This document shows, one piece after another, positions 53,388 to 64,000 of a DNA stretch of 64,000 nucleotides (within the stretch, counting starts at the first letter, position 1; each line of letters begins with the position of its first letter). The position numbers and the translations under genes were made by a program. The notes beneath the pieces were generated by a model that ran no database searches, had not been told where the DNA came from, and was given only the letters and a program-made list of their open reading frames with translations. Source of the DNA: Carcharhinus amblyrhynchos (lineage: Eukaryota); contig OZ336903.1 in assembly GCA_965287045.1 (NCBI GenBank), forward strand, positions 7,254,001-7,318,000. The letters run 5' to 3'.

Positions 53388-54149
53388 AAATTCCTCGACA
53401 TGGTTACCCCTGGCCTTGATCTGAATTCACATCTTTCGCTATTTTTTTCTCACAACCATACTGTGCTTGTCTTATCCACGAGATCCACCTCCTATTTTCT
53501 TGATCCTTTTTTTAATTAAACTGCTGACAACCTAACTTACGTTCCTGGCTTCCATGTTAGTCAATGATAACAGTTTTTTTTCCCTCAAACATTGTCTCTT
53601 TTTCTCTCCAAATCTTCTATCATCAGCCCTTTCCTTAAAAGAGCAACTTGTGACCCCTTCATCCTGAAAAACTCCCACCCTCAGCTACAACCTCCCCTGA
53701 CTCTCTAAATCCACGTCAAATTTCATGAATGAATCCGTCTGGTCAGGTTTCCACCACCATCATAGCGAATTCTTACCAAAGTTATATATTTCGAGTTGAC
53801 TATAACAGTATAAAAGCATCCTTTCATACCCTTCTCAGGCTGTTTGCAGCCTTTTAGAGTTCTGCTCCAAAACCTCTCCACCACCATTTGACTGAATGGA
53901 TCTGCACATGACTGGTTCCATTCTTATCTATCCAGTCTCAGCCAGAGAATCACCTGTAATGGTTTCTTCTCTCACTTCCATACAACTACCTCTGATGCCC
54001 AAGAATTTTTCCTTGGATCCACCTATTTCTCTGCTACATGCTGCCCCTGAGCAACATCATTCAAAACACAGAGTCAGTATCCACATGAACACTGATGACA
54101 ACCAGTTCACCATCTCTAAACATGCCCAACATCTGGTAGTGCATGAGAC

Positions 54150-54800
54150 TCACTGAACAAGCTATTCAAATCTTTTCTGGCTGAAGAAGCAGTGCGGAAG
54201 GACTCGAAGAGCAGAAAATTAAGATTCCTTCTGGGCTCGAGTACCACTTCACACACAACAATAGGAGTCTCACCAGCTGAGTTGTTAATGAACCATAACA
54301 TCAGACTGAGACTGAGCCTCGTGATCAAAATTTGCCAGGGAGGGCAAAGGCCAGCCAAAGCAGCCAGAAGACAAATCCGGATTCATGTCAACCACGGTCG
54401 TTTTCAGTGGATGAAGCGAGTATCTGAGGAATTTTATAAGTGGGTTGAGTTGGGTCCCTTGAGTCATATCCGAAGCTGGGCCGCTGTCTTATCAAGTGGT
54501 CAAAAGGAGGAAAGATCATCTAGAAACACCGACCATTGAAAGAGCACAAGTTTCCCCAGCAACCAGTACTGCCATCAGGAGCTATGTTGCTATCTGGGAA
54601 TGTTGTCGACTACCCAAGCAGTCAAATACCAGGGTCGCCCTGTTACAGGCACAGGTGACATCCCCATGCAAACACGTGATATTGAGACGTCTGTGCTTGA
54701 AGAGACACCTGTAGTTGTGGTTTCTGTTGACAGCACTTCAGTGGGAAGTACCCCAGACAGAGGAGATACATCGCCCCACTAGGAATCGGAAACCAGCTGA
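54150..54800 (+). mobile_element. Gypsy-type LTR retrotransposon integrase C-terminal remnant
   Basis: ORF 54192..54539 contains RFLLGSSTTSHTTIGVSPAELLM..NIRLRL, resembling the Gypsy integrase motif RFLxxYRTTPHxTTGxSPAELLMGRxLRxRL. Boundaries are uncertain. Confidence 0.65.
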
Positions 54801-56148
54801 AAGACTTCATTAAAACGTTCTATTATCGGGGTCTGAGTAAACCAGTTAGGGACCAGATCTGGGGTTCACCCCAGCAAGCAGGGGTTTCTGTTCCAGAATC
54901 ATCTCGGGAGCTCAGGCAACCACAAGAGGCCTCTGCATGACCTTTACCTGTAAATAAACGTGCTCTTGTTTTTTCCTTAACTGGTGAACAAGTATTATTC
55001 AAGTTCGGGAAGTCAGCAAAGTAGCTGCTCATCACTGACTTAAAATGTGGACTTGATCAATGACCAGCCAGACTTTTCAATGTTACATCACCAATCCTAG
55101 TGTATAAAATGCAGGTCAATAAAGATAAGCTATATGCACTCCTTTCTTTTATATATAAGTACACACTTGGGTGGACATCACAGAACTAGCGATGGTATTA
55201 ATCATGTCCAGTAACGTAAACATCCAATCTGCTCATCATTTCAACCAACTTTTCTATTCTGGTTACCCACTGTACTTCTGAAATTTACCAGGAGTTTCTT
55301 CTCATTTCTAACAGACAACAATAACCAAATGAAATTGTACAAGGACTCATTCAGAAGTCCTGAATACCTTTACCATCTTCAACCATAAGTCAAAGTGCCA
55401 TCCAGTTTCAAAAGCACAGACAGCAAGCCATTCAGTCGAGAAACAGAAAGCAGTTTCTGTTAGCACAGAATCCCGGATCCAGTTATAATTTAAATATAAG
55501 CGTGTCAAGTTAGAATATTCCAGCACCACGTTCTCACCAATTGTTCAGCTTGGGAATCAGAACTGGAAATCATCACAACTCAAATGACACCACAATGATC
55601 AATGGATATATCTACAATTCTTTAAAAGTTCTATACATTTGAAGTCAGGTGTCCAGACATGCACCCAGTCATAAATTCACACTGGGCAGGCAAGTATTTC
55701 TGCTAGAATGCAGACCTCTCACTCGGATTTGAACCAAGTGGGCGCATGGTGTTTTTGTACGGGAACAAATTATAATGGATCTGGCATTATATTCCTTCCT
55801 TTTAAACTGGGTTCTATCCAGTTATCTGGATTTGAACAAGTGGGTTTGATGGTTGCTGGTCTGTCACTGGGTGTGGGAAGGGTCTGGTGGCACAAAGATA
55901 CAGTGGTCAAGTGTGAGTTTTCCTGTGGCATTTTGGTACCTTCATTCAAAATATCATTGCATTCCTATCTGGCATTCTGCTGACTATCAACATGAAATAA
56001 AAACATGATAAACAGAATAAGATTACTCACAAAGCTCCACCTCCAGACAGACACTGTATTGCAATATAGAAGCTACACTAAGTTTCCAGGAAACATATTC
56101 TGGGGTTGAGTTGACACTGATGAACACAAACTTTGCAATTTCTGACGT

Positions 56149-56232
56149 CATTTAAACACCTCAGTGTACTGCAGCCATTTAAACACCTCAGTGTACTGCA
56201 GCCATTTAAACAGCTCAGTGTACTGCAGCCTT
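56149..56232. repeat. 27-bp tandem repeat, 3 near-identical copies
   Basis: catttaaacacctcagtgtactgcagc starts at 56149, 56176 and 56203 (one substitution in the third copy). Confidence 0.95.
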
Positions 56233-58779
56233 TTAACACATTGCCTGTGCTTTGTACAACAGCTAACATAGGTACATGGTGAGTGTCATTTCCTGAAGCT
56301 TGGCTAGACTTTGCTCCAATCAACTTGCAGCAATAACATGACTATCAATTCCAATCTGTGGGTGTTATTCATTTTAACTTCACAGTGTCTGTAACTTCTG
56401 GCAAAGAAGTCAAAGTTGATTAAAATTTAAATTAACAGTAGAGTAATCGCAATCTACGTCTTAGCTCTTTTGAGCTTCACTCATGGTCATACTTGGTCAA
56501 GCACGATTCTAAAACTTCAATTAACACAAACAGAAATTCAGAATTTTTTTCAAAGCTGCAAATGCTGAAAAGATCCATGTGTAAACAGCATTCTCTACAC
56601 TGCTCCTGGTTCCTTCAATGTGCTTTGTAATAACTGATATGATATACTGTACATCAAATCCACAAGCAACCACCAAGCAGGAAAAGATCAGTGCTCCATC
56701 AGTTTCTTGATTTAGAATATCAACAGGCAGTGAAATGTAGATATCTGGATCCTAACTTTCAAATTTACCTGAACTGTTAAGCCTTTACACGCAATTTGGT
56801 CAAAGACTCCAATCATAACCCATCCACATGTCAATTTTCCATTCTTCAATACAAGAGGATCGCATCTGGGTACAGATGATATTAAGCTCTAAAATATTGT
56901 CAGAGTTATGTTACACTTTTAAGTTACAGAAAAAAATTGATCTTGCGCATTTTATAATTATACTTCAGAAACTTTGGCGATCTGTATAAATGAAGCTCAT
57001 GGCACAGGTGACATTCTCCCAGGGTGACAACTCTGGGCAAATGAAGGAAACATTGTAAAACATACCAGCATCTGCACAAATCCACTTTTCCCTCTGTTTT
57101 ATGAACCGGCAATTACCTGCCAGGAGTCTACAAAAGGATAAATTACTTTCCCCAACAATGATCGAAGCACATTCGCTAAACTCCGTTTGCGACGACAAAA
57201 TCTACCATTTACATTGTATGGGCATTACATCACAAAAAATCCACAATAGCTATAGTCGATTGACATCCTAGTCAAATAAGACTCCACAATATAACTGTGG
57301 GAACATTTTATATACCTGTTAATTTAATGAAAACCCAGTGAGAGCTCTATTTTGCATGCCATTTTGGCAGGTGGCTGACTATATTATTATAATACAGCAT
57401 AAACTTAAATAAAATGAGGTGAATAACCGGTATTTCATGTGGGATTTATACTTCATTGAATTTCTAGATTGAAATGCTTTAGCTACAACGTACTGCCAAA
57501 GAAATTTGAGCCAAAACACGTAAAAGCCTTAAAATTAAATGATTATACTGATCTGTATTATACAGCATACTGCACATGACAATAAGAACAAAACTATCAT
57601 GATCACTCCTGAAAAAATAAGTATACACACTTGATTTACTTTCTATTCTCAATTTCCATCTAGCAGTGCTTTGTATGGCATTTTCAGCTCACCCTATGTA
57701 AATCTATATGCAGAACCTCACTGCCACACCTGAGTGGAAGGCACTTCGCGTCAAACCCTTACAGCGCATGACAAGGCCTACAATTTCGCACACAGTAAGC
57801 TCTCAGTCTCAGCCTACCCATCTGAGAGATGACGCTGAAGCCTGGGCTTCATCATAAACTTCAAAAGGGTTGCCAAATCACCTTGTTGGCTCTCAGCATC
57901 TCCTTGCATCTGGGAAGAAACCAGCTTTAGGGGAAACCTGGGACCAAGACACCCTATTCAGTCTAACAGGCAGCAAGAAATAATACAGGGTAACAGAGAA
58001 GAACAGACAAATTAAACAATCTTAAAACAAGCAATTTAAAGAAAATAAAGTGATACGTGATGTTGAGAGACAGCTTTTATTGAAAGCATTTCAACAATTC
58101 ATCGTTTTTGGTCCAAATAATTATACTGGTCAACTACAAAGACACTAATCTCATAATGAACTCACTCCGAGTCAATTAAAAATCACGAAGTAAGATCCCA
58201 TCCTTAACTAAAAGCAGGTGCCTGTCTACAAATCAGGGGCCCCAAGTCTTTCCTCTTCAGCTGCCAAGGACTTCTTTGGCATGTAACCAGCAACCCAAGG
58301 CACTGAATCACAGTTACACCCACCATAGCTCTGCAACTAGTATCCTTCAATATATGGGTTTGATACAAGCTGTATCCACACCATCCCCAAAGGCTCAGTC
58401 AGGAATATGAGCTGAGTTCTGGTGAACATTAAATTCTCAACACACTTCCAGCTAAAGCAGCTCAGGAAGCACTGCTTTGTCACAGACTGATTCTCAACAA
58501 CTCAACTGGACACCAGCAAAACTATAAGAAATGCAGAGTAAATTTATTTACGCTGACCAACTGTAACCCTGATTTTTAATTTCAGACCATTTCTGAAAAT
58601 TCTTAACAGGAAGAGCCTTGAGAGAAGAGGGGTAAATGGCCGTTACAAGGTGAAAGGATATAATTCCTCAATTACCCACGATTAATGAGTAGCCTCCACT
58701 GATGAAACCAGAACTTCCTCAAACAAGAAAGGTCAATAACATCTGCCCAGCCTCTCCTCCTGTTGATTGTTTTAAAGCT

Positions 58780-59066
58780 GTTATGGTGGTACAGTGGTTA
58801 GCACTGCTGCCTCACAGCACCAGGAACCTGGGCTCAATACCTGGCTTGGGTCACTGTCTGTGGGGTATCTGCACGTTCTTCCCCGTGTCTTTGTGGGTTT
58901 CCTCCAAGTGCTCCGGTTTTCTCCCACAGTCCAAAAGATATGCTGATTAGGTGCACTGGCCATGCCGTGCACCCGAACAGGCACCGGAATGCAGTAACTC
59001 AGGGATTTTCACAATAACTTCATTGCAGTGTGAATGTAAACCTACTTGTGGCACTAATAAATAAAC
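58780..59066 (+). mobile_element. HE1-headed SINE with alternative tail
   Basis: Same head, body and tail as 52880-53180. Candidate TSD tttaaag at 58771-58777 and 59067-59073. Confidence 0.9.
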
Positions 59067-61014
59067 TTTAAAGGCCACAAGAATAGTAGTTCACATCCTC
59101 TGAACTAAGGTCAGATGCAGAACAGAATATAAATCATATGCTAAGTTTAAAGTCACTTATAAAAATAATTTGTTTTAAAATATGATGAAGTTATACTGTG
59201 GACCTAAGGACTAAATATTTTTGAACAAATGGAAAAAGCCTGTCATATCCATCTTCTGGTGAGAATTTAGTTAGGATGACTCAGTGTGTCACATGCACAT
59301 GATGATACGATCAATGATCCTAAAGTGCTTCTTCTCCCAATGTGACAGACTTCTAAACATGTTTTCATTCAGACAGTACCTCTTTAATAAAAGAAAATAC
59401 ATGCTTAAGCTCCACAAAGATCTTGTTTAAAGGGAAAATGCTATATTTCAACTTCACTTATGTTGATTTGCACATTTGTGTGTACTGGCTCACAGAAGGT
59501 TATTTGAATTTGGTATTTGTCAGGAAGTCTGTCCAAACTGAAATCTCAAAAATAAACTTCAATCCCTTCAGCCCAGTCTCACCAAAGGTAAGTCAAACTG
59601 ACAAATGCATAAGCAATCAAAATTTGGCAAGGAATTGCTGGTGATTTAAGTTACGAAAGGCAGCAAGTAAACACAGCAGTGAAAATGAGAGCATTCAACA
59701 TTCCGACCCAGGTTTGGTACTGTGGATCTCTATGCTTCTGGAAATTCCAGAAGCTATGTGCATGTGAGGCAAGATGATGATTGGGATTGACCTTGATCCT
59801 TCATAAAATTTAACAGCCTGCGGGCACTTGCAATACAATTAATACATGAAGAATGGTCACATGTGTAAGTTATTTGTGGGCAACCAGTATCTTGCTAAAC
59901 CATGTCTCAGCATAGTCACAAGTGTGGGAGGGGACAGCACTGCATTTGTCCTAGTATTGTATAGCCGCACAGATGATACCGTGATGGACGAAATAGTATT
60001 CAACTCAATTTAACACCTACCATAATGAGCTCATCACTTCAGTTCCAAAAATATGTTTGAACCATAAATCTCCTGTCCTCTCTGCAAAGCTAATGACACT
60101 GATCCCTGAATAACCAGTCATTGTCCAATGAATTGATGTGTGAGCCTCCTCTGAGAGTCCAATGGTCATTCTACCAGAGGAGACCATGTAGGCAAGCCCA
60201 ATCCAGCCTCCATCCAACATCCACTCGTGCAATTTCTAACAGGGGTCATAACAGGGCATCAAGATCAGGGAGGCCAATTCAGCTTTTTTCTTACCTTTCT
60301 CATTCCGGGCCAACTGTAGGCCCTGGGTCAATATCAACTTAGACCGTAATCAAACCAATGATTATTCTGCCTGCAGGCCTCAAGTGCCAATAGCCATTTG
60401 GGAGCTCAAAATCACCCTCCAAGAAACAACAAAGTGTATATATTAATGGGTGAATTACATGAGATGAAGTGGATCCGTGGAGAAGAATTTAACACCCACG
60501 TACTGAAATTGCAGATAATTTAACTGCAATGACTGCTATATTGATTCATAATGTTAATCATTCCCAGGAAGCCATCATGGGTTACCCCACAGAGTCAGTA
60601 CATCAGAAACACAAAGAAGCACATGTTAAGTTCCAGGTTGTAATCGGATGTGCTGTATATTAAAAAAAAGAATCTGCCAAATAGCTAACATGATTTCAAG
60701 CTCTGATCGGCTAATACTGCAGCAGCAGAATAATATGCAATGGGTTCAGGCGAATTTAACAATCATCAGAATTGTGCTCCACTTTGATGTGTGATTCAAC
60801 TTTATATCGTTTTATTTACCATTTTCTGCATGAAAAAAAGGAGAGGCACACATCACAAGGATGATTCATTAAAAGGCATTCCCTGCATATGCAATTTTAA
60901 ACATCTGCCAAGATCAAAAGGAAGAAAGCTATAATAAACGTTGACTTCATCGTGAAACATTAAAACAACCTTCGGGATAAGTGCTGGTGTGAATTTACAT
61001 ATTTGTGCCAAGAA

Positions 61015-61500
61015 TCATCTGGTGTTGCACAGAAGGAAGCCAATCAGCCAAACCCACCTCTGTGAAGGAGCAATCCAGTTCGTTCTATTCTCCTGTCTTT
61101 TCCCCCCGTTCTTTATTTTCCTCGTTGATTGGTTCATCCAATTCTCTTTTGAAACTTATTATTGAATTTCTTTCCAGGAAGCACATTCCAGATCATAACT
61201 CGCTACATAAGAATTCACTTTGCCTCAAGCTATTTTATTAATTAGCTTAAATCTAGATGCTCTGGTTGCTGACTCACTGGAAACAATTTCCCTTTATTTG
61301 CTCGATTAAATCTTCCCTTAACCTTCTCTGCTTGAAAGAGCTTCCCTAATCTATTCTAAACCCTCTCTTAAAAGCCTTGCCATTATTCCCAACTAAAATG
61401 GACACAATACTTCAAATGAGCTATTACCCTTATTTCAGAAAGTTTCACCTTAACTTCCTTGCCTTTGTACTCTGTGCTCCTGGTTATAAATCCAGTCACT
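61015..61500 (-). mobile_element. Decayed CR1 3' fragment
   Basis: gcacagaaggaagccaatcagcc tail, cattccagatcataac, tggacacaatacttc and aacttccttgcctttgtactct. Confidence 0.6.
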
Positions 61501-63014
61501 TATCATGTAGGTCAATATCATTAATTTGCAGTCTTCAGAGTTGATAAAGTCAAATTCTACTTATTATCCCACCCCACAACCTCCCCAAAAACAAAGCGTG
61601 AATCATTCAGCAAAGAATTGCATTAGTAGTGTGACAGGTCGAGGTGATCAGTGAATAAATTATGTTTTTTTTGAATATTTACTGGGGAACTATTGCAAGT
61701 TTCTGCAGAAGAGAGTAGGAAATTTAGGTTTCACAATGCACATCTTTGCAGGACACTTCCTTAATCTTAACTGATCCTCCACAAATAGGAGGTTTAAAGA
61801 ATGAACCTGAAATGATCAAGTAAACCAGATTTGCCCTCATATACCTGTGAATAAGGGCATCAGTAGTCAAGGAACAAGATGTCTATTTAACCTCCAAAAG
61901 GCAACTGTCTTCTCTGGAATAAGGGCAGGTTGGTGTTAAAAATGACCGGCAACAAGGCAAGAAAATGAAATGGGCTGGAGAAAATTCAGTCCAGTTTCTC
62001 ATTCTTTTGGAGCCCAAAGCACAGAAACGTCTCGAACACAAACTTACAAAATGAGTGGAAGTAGGCCATTTGGCCCCTCAAGCCTGCTTAGTCATTTGAT
62101 AAGACCATGGCTAATCTTGCATCAATTTGGCAATCTGCCTTGGCTATGTGAAAAACTCGAGATGTGTGATGACAGTGCATTAAAGGCTGGTGATCTAAGG
62201 TACGGCTGAGAAACATTGGTGGAATAAGTAAAAAGCTTTTATTTGCTCTCAGGTAGAATGTGTCCCAACATCACAACATTGCTCACCCTGGTGTCAAAAT
62301 TTACATAAATGTAATTTACCAAACTTGGAGCTTTCAACGTTTTTAAATAGCCTGCCCGATATGGAGGTTATTTGCATGTAGTTTGATCTCTTAATCTGTA
62401 CATTATCATTGATCACCCAACCACAAACTGTTCGTCATTGCCAGAAAGACATCTTGTGACTGTAATAATGAAACTTGCTGCAAAGTTTTCTCAAGACTTC
62501 TGACCAAGTATAAAGCTTTTAAAACAAAATATCTCCTACAACTGCTAGAAGAGAAGAATAAAGATTCCACATTCAGTATCCCAAGCTTCATTGGTCTCAG
62601 CTGGAATGGCAGCATTGGCACCCTTTGTCAGTGTGTGTGTGTTCCTGTTTCCTGGTTGCAATCTAGCATCACCTGCATGAGTATAATATGGGATAAGAAT
62701 GAGGTTGCAGACTGTTAAATGCCTTGATGCACAGTGACTTTGGCCAGTATCACCAGTCGGATGTCCAGAGTAGTTAGGCCTCCTACAATTTCACTCCAGC
62801 GGCAAACGTAACAATTCCAAACAACAACCAACACAGTTTGTGAACAAAGTCAGACACTCCAGACTCAACACCCAAAGCATTCTCAAACTTCATGTCAAAC
62901 CAAGACCAAACGTGTGTGGATGACAAGGTATGGTTCTTGACATTACACTACAACCCTTTAAACTCAGAAATCACAGAGTTTAATGTATTCCATGACTCAC
63001 TTCCATCAAACTCC

Positions 63015-63190
63015 AAAACAGTCCCTCATGGTAGGCTGATAGAAAAGGTGAAGGCTCATGGGATACAAGGCCAGGTATGTAGATGGGTGGAGAACTGGCT
63101 TGGGAGGAGGAGACAGCGAGTAGTAGTGGAAGGCGCGGGCTCGTTGGGCCGAAGGGCCTGTTTCCCGTGCTGTGTGCTGTGTTGTGTTGT
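63015..63190 (+). mobile_element. Internally deleted CR1 (RT fragment fused directly to the 3' terminal tail)
   Basis: VPHGRLIEKVKAHGIQGQVCRWVENWLGRRRQRVVVEG is followed immediately by ggcgcgggctcgttgggccgaagggcctgtttcccgtgctgt and short tgtgt repeats. Confidence 0.8.
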
Positions 63191-63510
63191 AGTAACATAC
63201 ACAATAGTGTATTTTCCAAACAATCACATCCAGTGACCAATACATGACAATATCCATGGCACTGTTCAGGAAATAACTGTGAAATACAATGAAAAAGTCA
63301 AAAGGCTTGCAATGAAGACCACTGATCACAATGCCCAGGAAAAGTGCATTCAAGAGTGATTTTTATCAATGACCAAGTGTTCCCGATGATCTTATCGTGA
63401 ATATTGTGGATTGTAAACTTGCAAATGGATACTTCACCAATGCCACAGTTGGACTGGTTACATTCTCCCACCAGGATGAAGAAACTGAATTAACATCAGT
63501 AAACATAAAC

Positions 63511-63516
63511 GTGTGC

Positions 63517-63555
<39 letters not shown>

Positions 63556-63584
63556 AAAGATGAGCATGGCCCATGCACAAGGAT
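63511..63584 (+). pseudogene. 3'-truncated U6 snRNA pseudogene (U6 nt 1-74)
   Basis: gtgtgcgcttcggcagcacatatactaaaattggaacgatacagaaaagatgagcatggcccatgcacaaggat matches vertebrate U6 with about 6 mismatches, including ACAGAGA to ACAGAAA. There is no TATA box at -30 and the 3' third is missing. Confidence 0.92.
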
Positions 63585-63890
63585 ACAAAGAACAAAGAAC
63601 AACCCAGCACAGGAAACAGGCCCTTCGGCCCAACGAGCCCGCGCCGCCGCATCACCCTACACCTATTCTACCCTGCGTGTCTACGAATGGAACCCCTAAC
63701 TTAGCCAGATTCAGGGGAGAATAGTGTCAATTTGGTAAACCAATCAGCCTAAGAGCACATCTTTGGGGTGTGGGAGGAAACCGGAGCGCCCGGAGGAAAC
63801 CCATGCAACCACAGGGAGAATGCGCAAACTCCCACAGACACAGGCCCAAATCCATGTATCTGCACAGCTAGCAGTGCTAGTCACCGAGCT
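63585..63890 (-). mobile_element. HE1-like SINE with degenerate head
   Basis: cacatctttggggtgtgggaggaaaccggagcgcccggaggaaacccatgca...acagggagaatgcgcaaactcc, plus a reverse CR1-type tail and acaaaga terminal repeats. Confidence 0.8.
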
Positions 63891-64000
63891 GTTGCGGCGC
63901 CCGTCTACCGGTCCACGATCAAGCACACACACCGACACGAAGTACTAGGCCACTCCCGGAACCTCCAAGAGCAGCCCACGCACGACCCACCGTGTGCATG

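Larger units (their letters stand above)
52480..54130 (+). mobile_element. Decayed L2-like LINE ORF2 region hosting nested SINEs
   Basis: aaaattgaggccatc, aaactgctgacaacc, tcaggtttccacc, ctggttccattcttatcta and actgatgacaaccag (ADD-like). Confidence 0.6.

Noticed and set aside
56078-56323. ORF with repeated NGCSTLRCL peptide
   Set aside because: It is a by-product of the 27-bp tandem repeat, with no splice or homology support.
63511-63584. Functional U6 snRNA gene
   Set aside because: The 3' third is missing, the ACAGAGA box is mutated, and there is no TATA box or T-run terminator.
24359-64000. First coding exon of KAT6A (MVKLANPLY..., about 200 codons) or a nested host gene
   Set aside because: No such peptide appears in the ORF track. 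The longer ORFs here trace to retroelements or lack recognisable features.

Overview
Vertebrate genomic DNA, almost certainly from a cartilaginous fish (shark-type HE1-like SINEs, SacSINE1/Deu-like SINEs, abundant CR1, L2, RTE and Penelope-type repeats). The whole window lies inside one minus-strand gene, the histone acetyltransferase KAT6A (MOZ/MYST3). Six internal coding exons with GT-AG boundaries splice in frame (24358-24250, 17252-17137, 12426-12345, 10258-10126, 6417-6098, 728-610) and encode the double PHD finger and the linker before the MYST domain. The first coding exon and the MYST exons lie outside the window, so 24359-64000 is part of one large intron. Most listed ORFs are chance or repeat-derived. 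The most notable observations are: an in-frame 543-nt extension of one exon to a second, more consensus-like donor, resembling the long KAT6B isoform; a Ser-to-Gly change at an acyl-lysine pocket position of the PHD1 finger; a young CR1 with a perfect 18-bp snap-back hairpin at its 5' junction; Penelope-type elements with hammerhead ribozyme remnants; and a truncated U6 snRNA copy joined tail-to-tail to a SINE. Exon, target site duplication (TSD) and hairpin coordinates were counted by eye. Boundaries and family names of old repeats are approximate and come from recalled consensus sequences, not database searches. No clearly new biological system was found.
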